A stretch of 64,000 nucleotides of DNA from positions 558,001 to 622,000 of the forward strand of contig NW_026250424.1 of assembly GCF_024521635.1 (NCBI RefSeq). The letters are read 5' to 3'. Under the pieces are notes generated by a model. The model saw only the letters and a program-made list of their open reading frames with translations. It was not told the DNA's origin and did no database searches. Position 1 is the first letter of the stretch; each line of letters opens with the position of its first letter. Both the position numbers and the translations under genes were made by a program. Shown here in pieces: positions 55,090-64,000 of this stretch. Origin of the DNA: Tricharina praecox. Lineage: Eukaryota.

Positions 55090-55618
55090 CTTTGGGTTGG
55101 TGTTGGTGTTGGTGAGAGCTATGGGTGTGCGAGAGAGCTGATTGGTGCGAGACAGGCGCGGAGAGGTAGCATGGTAGCAAGGTAGAGGACTCCCGTTGCA
55201 AACGCCAAGACTACACACGAGTCCGGAAATACCGGTACCAACGCGGCACCGTAGGAACTCGGTTGAAGGGCACACGCGCCGTGAGACTCGGATAAACATG
55301 ATGACTGGCGACAGAAATCGCCGGCTTGTGAGGAGGGGAAAAGATTCTTGTGACTTCCTTACAACAGATTGGCTGGTCAATGAAAAAAGAACCGTTGGAG
55401 TTCAGTGATCTTGAAGCCTGAAGGCTATCGCTACAGTCTTGGCATGCGTGGGTGATTGACTGTGAAGTTCGCTCGGCCGGTGAGGCGGTGACAACTGCGT
55501 CTTGTAGAGTACTCACGTACGCGGCGGTTTGGGCCTCTCGGATAACCATTGCATGTAATAACATCAAGGGTATGTTTGGAAAGGCGGACATCACGGATGT
55601 AAAGAGAACGTTAGGCAC

Positions 55619-56125
55619 CAGACCCTCCAACAGTTAGTCAATTGAAATGGGAACACTGGTTTAAACAGTTCAGTTCTGGTTGATTTTGTTCCCGGTTCAG
55701 TCAGGAACAGTGGCTGTCAGTTCCCAGTTGGTTTAGGTAGGTCCAGCAGTTGTTCCCGGGAAAACTGGCAGAACTGTCAGTTCAGCGGATGAACTGCCAG
55801 TTCAGCCAGGCCAGCCGAAGTGGGCGAGATAGGTTCCTCTGGTCACCAAAAAAGCGATAGAAAATGGGTTCAGTACTATTTTGAATGGTCACGGAAATAG
55901 TTGTAGAAGATGGGTATGTATTAATTCTGAATTGCTACTCTGATGCTACCTAAGTACACATCATTACGGCGATTGAACCTCTTGATACTCTCTAGAGCTT
56001 CAATACTCAAAGAAAAGCCGCGCAACCTCAGCCGATATGGCTGGGATAGACAGAGTGTCAAATTGTCAATCGCCATTCGGCTGAGGTTAGGAAAACGTCT
56101 TTGCTGAAGGGGTTCCTGTTGAAAC
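55619..56125 (-). mobile_element. Truncated inverted second copy of the 49055-49917 hAT element
   Basis: Starts with TIR CAGACCCTCCAACAGTT and aligns by eye to the reverse complement of ~49405-49917; no second TIR seen. Confidence 0.88.
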
Positions 56126-56775
56126 GCACGAGAAATAGTCTCACTCGAATGTATGATGTTTTGTATGAGAATTGTCCTTTCATTGACGGCTATCTACCGA
56201 CTCTTTTATCCTTCTACCGGCGACTACCTGCCGGCGCCGCCGCCGCTGATCACCCACACCGTAGACTGTTTGACCTGATAGGCGAATGGGAAACTGATAT
56301 TCGCCACTCTGTCACCATTCGTCAAGTTTATTCGAACCTCCTGCATAGCGCGTGTCTCCGTGTCGAGTAGAGTAGATACCGGTATCTAGTACGGTGCCCG
56401 GGGAAGAGAGAAGTCTTTATTGACAGAGAAAGTCGCTCCACGTAAAAGTCGAATTTCAGATCAACGACCAGCAGTTCAAATTCACAATTGCGACGGACTC
56501 GTCATCGGTATTTCCTTTCGGTACCGTACCAGGTATGTAGGAAGTCCAAACTCCCTCGGTCCAGCCCTCTCGGTCCAACCCGAGTGATATCCCATGTTCG
56601 AGCCCGAGCCGGGGGAGCGCAGCTGACGGGATGGCGGGGTGAAACTCAGCCGGGTAGCCCCGCCACTTTCGACATTGCGCGCTAAAAAAGTTCGAATTGC
56701 AGGCCCAACAATCCCGCAGCTCTTCGTCGTTGTCAGCGCCCTACTTCCGGATATCCAATTCGACCCAAGAAAACG

Positions 56776-58608
56776 ATGTACGCTGTACGGTTACGAGCGT
56801 CCCGCGCTCATCTGGGAGTATGTTTTTTTCCTCCTCTTTTTCACGCGCACACATACACAGTAGGAACGGGGGGCGTGTTTAAGATGTACACTTTCTTACT
56901 GTGGCTACTCTACATAGGCACTCGCACGATCTCCGTCGTTACTGGCCGTGAGAGCTCCCTTCTCCACGCATGCCGGCCACATGAGGCCCGTATTGGGGTT
57001 CGTCGGTCCCCGTCCCCGTCCGCACACTTGCATACCCCGCTGGCCCGCGCACGCACGCTGACGCTCACCTGGCAGCGGATCCGAAGACGTCGAGTCACCC
57101 GAGGCCGGCGCGCGCATTCCTTTGAGTATCCAAGCGAACTACTTCGAGCCTTTGCGGCGGCAGGTAACGCACGGGGGGCTGGCGGTGTGCGACCTGCAGC
57201 TGCGGGCATACAGCGTGCGCAATCTCGAGATCATGGCAGATTTTGCGCTGCGGGCGGCATACTACGCGAAGCTCCCCGCGTTCGGACCTGTTCCGCTGCC
57301 GAAGAAGATCGAAAGATGGACTGTACCGAGGGGTAACTTCGTCCATAAGAAGTCCCAGGAGAATTACGAGAGGGTTACCCATAAGAGGTTGATTAGGATC
57401 AAGGATGGGCACCCAGAGACCGTCGAGCTGTGGCTCGCGTTTCTGAGGCAGCATCATTACCATGGTGTCGGCATGAAGGCGAATGTGTGGGGTTGGGACG
57501 AAATTGGTATCCCCCCTCCCCCGGATGTTTCGATTTGGCTGGAACGATGCTGACTGTGGGGCCTGCAGGCGTTGGCAAGAAGATGAACGTCAGTCTCGAG
57601 ACATTGCGCGACGTTCCCCGGCCGAAGTACGCCCATTTCGGCCCGAGGAAGAGTTCGGAAACCGCCTCCGCGGCACAGGAGATCCTCAATAGCCCCGAGT
57701 ACCGCGCATTGGAGGATGCTGTCGGAGACCTACCCGCCATGGAGGCTGAGGGAGCTGCTCCGGTCGAGGAGGCTGCTGCTGCTTCGTCGGCTGCGGAGGC
57801 TGCTGTGGACCTGCCGGTTGAGGAGGCTGCTGCTGCTCCTCCGGTCGAAGAGGTTACTACGGACTTGCCGGTCGAGGAGGCTGCTGCTGCTTCTCCGGTC
57901 GAGGATGCCGCCGAAGCTCTGCCGGTCGAGGAGGTTGCTGCTGCTTCTCCGGTCGAGGATGCCGCCGAAGCTCTGCCGGTCGAGGAGGTTGCTGCTGCTC
58001 CTCCGGTCGAGGATGCCGCCGAAGCTCTGCCGGTCGAGGAGGTTGCTGCTGCTTCTCCGGTCGAGGATGCCGCCGAAGCTCTGCCGGTCGAGGAGGTTGC
58101 TGCTGCTCCTCCGGTCGAGGATGCTGCCGAAGCTCTGCCGGTTGAGGAGGTTGCTGAAGCTTCGCCAGTTGAGGAGGCTGTTGCAGCCCCACCGGTTGAA
58201 GAGGCTATCGGAGCTCCTCCGATTGAAGAGGCCGCTGTGGAACCACCGGTTGAGGAGGCTGCTGTAGCTTCGCCGGTTGAGGAGGCTGCTGTGGAAGTAC
58301 CGGTCGAGGAGGCTGCTGCCGCTCCGTTAGTCGAGACTCTTGAGGACTTGCCGGTTGAGAAGACTGTCGAAGCTTCGCCGGTTGAGGAGGCTGCTGTGGA
58401 GCTACCGGTCGAGGAGGCTGCTGCCGCTCCTCCGGCTGAAGCGGCTGCCGTAGCCCCTCCGGTCGAAGAGGTTACCGGAGCTCCTCCGGTCGAGAAGGCC
58501 ACTGCCGCTCCGTCGGCCGAAGAGGCTGCCGATACTGTGCCGGTCAAGGAAGCAACCGATGCTGCTACGGAAAAGACTGTAGTACCGCCGAAAGAGCCGG
58601 CAAATTGA
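56776..58608 (+). CDS. RSM10: Mitochondrial ribosomal protein uS10m (Rsm10) with long acidic repetitive C-terminal extension, 4 exons
   Basis: Presequence MYAVRLRASRAHLG-; LRAYSVRNLE..ADFALRAAYY, GPVPLP...ERWTVPR.NFVHKKSQENYER.T.KRLI.IKDGHPETVELWLAFL, GVGMKANVW. Confidence 0.92.
57760..58500 (+). repeat. Coding minisatellite: 27-bp unit (PVEE-x5) with 54-bp higher-order period
   Basis: CCGGTYGARGA.. recurs every 27 bp; near-perfect 54-bp units between ~57868 and ~58150. Confidence 0.92.
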
Positions 58609-58743
58609 TACCGTAATGACTCGAAATCGAAAATATACAGTATTAATTCACCATTTTTCGAGAGAATGCCTACATTGCCATCAGTGCGACAGTAGTGCCG
58701 TGTTCATAACTCCTGGGCTTAAAACGGTGCCATTGTTGACACC

Positions 58744-58808
58744 GTGATGTAGTGATGTAGTGATGTAGTGATGTAGTGACGTAGTGATGTAGTGATGTAG
58801 TGATGTAG
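58744..58808. repeat. (GTGATGTA)n 8-bp microsatellite
   Basis: About 8 units. Confidence 0.92.
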
Positions 58809-58831
58809 GCTGGACGGAAAGAGAGAGAAGA

Positions 58832-59550
58832 TGCGGAAACAAACGTGATCATTGGATTTCACTCACGGAGCGAAATTATAGTAGGTATCACTCGCTTCGT
58901 CCCTGTAAGATCCCAAATAATGATGCCACAAAAACACAAACCCAGTAGTATCCCAAGACCTGTCGCGATTTCTAAAACCCGTATCCTCCCAATGCACAAC
59001 AACACAGCAACGTTCATGCAAAAAACCACTATTTACTCCAAAGATCAGCCTAGACTTCCAGTTTCCCAGTCTTTTGTCCACCAGCCTCGGATCGAGACTC
59101 GAGACCATTGCAGAGACGCCTGTAGGCTGGCTATAAACAAGATGCCCGAATAAGACTGATTCTCCTCCCTTTGGAGAACATGCGGAAATAAGCATGATCA
59201 TTATATTTCACCCACACCATGAAATTCTGATAGGTATCACTCGCTTTGCCCCAGCAAAAGTCCAAATAATGATCAAGTAAAATCACAAAAACACAAAACC
59301 GGTAAAATCCCAAGACCTGCCGCGATTCCTAAACCCCGTACCTATCCTCCCAATACACAGAAACACAGCAACTTTCATGTAACAACCCACTATTCACTCC
59401 GACCATCAGCCCCGGGCTTTCGGTTTCCCAGTCCCTTATTCACCAGTCTCGAGTCGAGACCCGAGACCACCGCAGAGACGCCGTAGGCTACTGTAGGCTG
59501 GCTATCAACAAGATGCTCGAAGTTCGAACAAGGCTGATTCCCCTCCTCCT
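58832..59550. repeat. ~350-bp diverged tandem duplication
   Basis: TGCGGAAA...TAGGTATCACTCGCTT...TCCCAAGACCTG...CGAGACCA..GCAGAGACGCC...GTAGGCTGGCTAT at ~58832-59172 and ~59181-59550. Confidence 0.85.
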
Positions 59551-61287
59551 TTTGAGTCTTTGACATTTCCCTGAAACTCGTCTTCCTCGCCGGTATTGTA
59601 GGTATTGTAGTTCGCCACCGGGAAAGTCACCAAGCACCGCCAACATCGTCCTCGGCATCTACCAAGACCTACACACAAAACGATGATGGCAGTAGGTAGT
59701 CGAAGAAGCCAGTTATGTCAGCCATTCCAGCTGTGCCGTCCAGTAATATATTCGGCACCCCATCGAGGCCTCTGCCAGTTGACTCAGAGGTGGTAAAGCT
59801 GGTGACATTCCAGTGGTGAAACATTTTGCGCGAGTGCTGCACTGTGGAGCAGCCAGCAGCCAGCCCACACAAGCAGCCGGCCGACAAGCCACTCGCCCAT
59901 CAATCTCCACTCGCCCATCCATCTCGATCTCGATTCTCCCGTCGGATTCTTCCAGTCCTCGCCAGTGCCTCCGATAGTCCAGTCTAGTCCGTCTTTCGGC
60001 AAAAGCCGGACTGAACCTCTCAGTTCAGTCCGGCTGGAAGCGTGGACTGGACTGGGCAGTCTGCGCAGCTGGTTAGGCTAGACAGACTGCAGTCGACTGG
60101 ATGGACTGGTAGGTACTTTGAATGGAAAATGTTCGATATCAGTAATGATTTTTTTTTTGTACACGTCTATAGTACATACAGTTAGGTATTGCAGATCCTC
60201 CTCGCACAGTGCATTAAGCATAGTCTCCATCTCCTTGATATCGCCATTTGTAGCAGCTACAAGACCATCTCGTTGCCAGCTTTTGAGACGTCCCAGTGCC
60301 TCCAGTGCATCGTCACGCATGCTGCAGCGGCGGTGTGAGAGTGAGATTTTGACCCAACTAAAACCTCGTTCTGGCTCTGCGCTCATGGCGGAATGCTCAA
60401 ATACTGGAGGGCCATTCTGGCGAGATATTTCCAGCCAGGTTCAAGTGATTTATTCACCGAGTACTGTACCGGATTGTCCATGGAACCGCATGGAGGCGGG
60501 TCCTGCTAGAAAACCTCCATCATAACTGTATTCAGACAGCGGTGGGGTACGAGATAGAGAGCTGGCATGGTACGAAAAGAGAACATTTGGCAGGTTGAAA
60601 GAGTGATGCCCGCTAGCCATATGGTTCGACCCAAATTTTTTAGAAACTGGCAGTCTGTCAGTCGACTGCAGTCCGAGGCGGCAAATCTTTGGGACTGACT
60701 GAATTTAAACCGTCCTCCAATTTTATGGACTGGGCTGGACTGATGCAGTCCAGACTGGAATATCGGGAGCACTGGCCGTAGGCTGGCTATCAACAATATG
60801 CCCGAAGTTCGAACAGGGCTGATTCTCCTCTCTTTGAGTCTTCGACATTGACCTGAAACTCGTCTTCCGAGCCGATGTTGTAGGTATCGTAGCCCGCCAT
60901 CAGGAAAGTCAAGTGCAATGCCGCACACCAAGGACTGCCAAATAACACCGTCCTCTCCTCCTCGTCGACCAAGACCCATAAGACGGTAATGGCAGTAGGT
61001 ATGTAGGTAATCAAAGATGTCAGCTATACCAGCTATGCCAGCTATGTCGCCCAGCAACATCTTCGGCACCCCATCGAGACGTGTGCCGGTTGACTTAGAG
61101 GTGGTAAAACTGGTGACATTCCAGTGGTTGAACATTTTGCGCGAGTGCTGGCGAGTGAGAGAGTGAGTGCTGCCCTGTGCAGCCAGCCAGCAGCCACATC
61201 ACGAGCAGACAGTCGACAAGCCACGCACCACTCGTCCACCCATCTCGATTCTCGACTCCACTCCCGTCAGAATCATCCAGTACTCGC
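59480..61287. repeat. ~0.5-kb direct duplication (59480-59962 and 60775-61287) abutting both ends of a hAT element
   Basis: Both copies start GCCGTAGGCT, share CTGGTGACATTCCAGTGGT and AACATTTTGCGCGAGTGCTG, and end TCCAGT(C/A)CTCGC. Confidence 0.88.
59963..60774 (-). mobile_element. Non-autonomous hAT element, second family (812 bp), no 8-bp TSD
   Basis: 23-bp imperfect TIR CAGTGC..CCGATA.TCCAGTCT; subterminal CAGTC/GACTG motifs; hAT dimerisation relic SIPPMSAEPERGFS..KISLSHRRCSMRDDALEAL..LKSW. Confidence 0.88.
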
Positions 61288-62185
61288 CGCTCGCTGCGCC
61301 GCCACAGACTGAACCTGGCAGCTCAACCAAGGGAGCAGATGGGAACGCTGCTGTGCGGCCTATAATACTCTAGCAGATAGTTGGAGTACACACTTACCAC
61401 GCGCGCACCGTTCCAGTACCGTTCCAGTAGTTACCGTACCTACATGCCGCAACATCCAGCCCGCTGGACATACCGAACCTGCCAATCTTGACACTCATCC
61501 ATCCCCACCTTCTCTAGATAGGCCCGAAAACTAATGTAGGTACCTAGAGTGCTCCACAGTCCAGACTCCAGACTCCAGCCTCCATACTCCACAGTACTTC
61601 ATATGGCATAGTTGTGTGGTATAGTTCCAAGTAACTGTTATGGAGCTGCCGGCCTCGGCCCCGGATCGGACTCCAAAGTCCATTGCATTGCATTATCCAA
61701 CCCGCGGCTACGGCCCGGCCCCAGCCCATGCTATCCACCTCTTATGCACCCCACTGTTGATCCCCGATCATTCACTATGCAGGCTACAAGTTCATCACTT
61801 CACGAATCACTTTACTTCACTTCATGGGTCAAAGACTAAAGCCAGAGTAAATGTGTAAACAAATCAATCCTATATATACACCCATCAATACCGCACCCAT
61901 CAATACACCCATCACTCATCAAGACACTCATCAAGACCAATAAGACGTAAACGTAAGTAGACGTAGAGCACAGATCACGCATTGAAAAGAGAAAAAAACC
62001 AAAAGGGTAATCAATATTTTCCGCCTCCCCCCGTCCATAGCCTACATACACACGGCTACCGTCCCGTCCCGTCATAAAAATGAAACCCAGTCTTAGTACT
62101 CCCAAAAGAAAACAAAAAACAAAAAACAAAAACAAACACCGCTAGGAACGAAAGACAATCAAAATAATAACCGGTAACAAACGAA

Positions 62186-63963
62186 TTACAAGTCCAACTT
62201 CGGGTTGGAGCCCGCTATTCTCCCGATGACGGTGGCCGGGGCGTACTTAGGGATGACCTCATCGTCGTGGAGCATAGCGAACTCCTCGGTCGCGTCGCGT
62301 CCGGCAAAGTTCAGAATAGCCTGAACACCGCCGGGGTGGTCCTCCAGGAAGCCCGTGCAGTCGAGCACGAGATCCTTGACGACGACCCATACGTCGTCCT
62401 TCTTATTGTGCTTCGCTACCTCCTCCATGGTGATCTCGTTGGTGGGGATCACAAACTCCTTGGGGCTGGAAGGGGCCACCTTGGCAGGGTCGGCACCCTC
62501 GGCTCCGGCCTTGTACACGGGGTGCGTCGCGGTGTGGCCCTCGATGTCTGATTGACTGCCTGAGGACGCGGCGGCGCCGCTCCAGTCGACGGTAACGCGT
62601 CCGGGCTTGCTCGGGTCAATGTGTAGCGAGATCTGACCGAGACGCGCGCTGGCGTTGCCGGCACCCCCCTGCGAGAGGACCTTCTGGAAGAGGTATTCGC
62701 TGGCGGACTCGCCGGACACGCGACCGTAGACGACGCAACCAAGCAGAGAGGACCCTCCGAGACGGTTGGCACCGTGGACACCACCGGCGACTTCTCCACA
62801 GGCGTAGAGACCCTCGAAGGGCTTGCCCTCCTTGTTCAGGACCTGAGCCCTGTCGTTGATCTCGACTCCTCCCATGGTGAAGTGAAGCACGGGCTGCATC
62901 AGGGCGACGTGGAAGGTGTCGTTGATGTCGAAGGGGGTGTTGTGGAAGAACTTCTTGCCGTAGGGGTCCTTAGCCTTGCCGTCGGCGATGTCGTTGTAGC
63001 TCTGGAACACCTTCTGGAGGTGGGCATCGCCGCAACCGATCTCCTTGGCCAGCTCCTTACCGGAGATCTTCTTCATCAAACCACGACCGGAGTAGTGGCG
63101 AGTGTGGAAGTCGAGGACGTTGGAGGCCTTGCTGTTGAGGACGAGGCGGATGGGGAACTTGTTCTTGAACATCTCGCCCGAGACGTAATCACGATGACCG
63201 AGCTCGTCGCAGAAGCGGTCGCCAGTGGCATTGAGAAGGATACCACCCTCACCACGGAGAGCCTCAGCAGCCAAGAACTTGGTCTTCGCATCGGGGTCCT
63301 TGGGGTCGACCAGGCCGGTAGGGTGGACCTGAATCTTGTCCATGTCGATGCCGTTACCACCGAGCTTCATGACCATCTTCTGGCCGTCACCGGTGGCGTG
63401 GGTGCCGTTGGTGGTGGACAGGTTGTAGATCTCGGGACGGTGCAGCTTGATGAGGGAGTCCTCAGTGAAGTCGGCGGCGTAACCACCGGTAGCCAGGATG
63501 ACGGGGCCGTTCTCAGTGTGGATCTTGCCATCGTACTCAAAGTCGACACCGGAGACGAAGTTACCGTCGTTGTTGATCTTTGTGACCTTGGCCTTCTTGA
63601 TGATCTTGACACGATGGGGCTCTGTCTCGGCGAGCTCCTCGAGCTTCTGCATCAGAGCGTAGGTGATGGCCATACCGGGGAACTTTGCGTCGTGACCACG
63701 GTGGGTCCGGGGCTGCGAGTGGCCTCCCAGCCGCGAGACCAGGGTCAGATCGAGCTTGAACACGTCCTGCAGCCACTCAATGGCGGCGGCCGACTTGTAA
63801 GTCAGAACCTTGATCAGATCTGGCCGCGCCTTGTCGCGGGCCGACTTCAGGGTGTCGTCGTAGAATTGCTTTACGCTGTCACGGATCTCGGCGTCGACTT
63901 GCGTGCGAGTGAGAGCGCCGTTGATACCCGAGGTAGCCTTGGTCGAGTTGCCGCCAAAGAAAC
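62186..63963 (-). CDS. OSM1: Soluble fumarate reductase (flavocytochrome c family) with C-terminal cytochrome b5 domain; 5' exon(s) lie outside the window
   Basis: GGNSTKATSGING, LGGHSQPRTH, LATGGY, QVHPTG, EALRGEGG, HFTMGG, GGVHGANRLGGSSL, and b5 motif FLEDHPGG. Confidence 0.96.
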
Positions 63964-64000
63964 CTGTTCGCCACAGCACCGGTCAGAGCGGAAGAGAGAG

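Noticed and set aside
57399..58547. 382-aa Ser/Thr/Ala-rich minus-strand ORF resembling an adhesin
   Set aside because: Antisense shadow of the RSM10 repeat; no signal peptide

Overview
Gene-dense eukaryotic DNA from a filamentous ascomycete. Evidence: short GT-AG introns with CTRAC/CTRAY branch points and Pezizomycotina-type proteins; a Pezizomycetes origin is only an inference. About 26 protein-coding genes were reconstructed by hand across introns. Most are housekeeping: EPT1/CPT1, USB1, PAL1, ZIM17, RAE1/GLE2, UBA3, PRP43, LAS17, a DUF3844 protein, RPP1, CK2 alpha, TFC6, SAM synthetase, GPN3, NOC2, PPP4R2, CCT4, VPS29, RTP1, RSM10 and a 5'-truncated OSM1. Uncharacterised genes include an intronless SLOG-like protein, a small 4-exon protein missed by the ORF track, and a NIF3/PII-like protein with an extra N-terminal module. 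The last 15 kb hold three non-autonomous hAT elements. One is complete with TIRs and an 8-bp TSD, one is an inverted truncated copy of it, and one from a second family sits exactly at the junction of a ~0.5-kb tandem duplication. Other points of note are a long hierarchical acidic repeat tail on mitoribosomal S10, a 6-nt microexon in UBA3, a GC-AG intron in RAE1, and many AAG/GAG splice acceptors. No tRNA, rRNA, snRNA or CRISPR array could be supported. Exon boundaries are manual and need RNA-seq confirmation.
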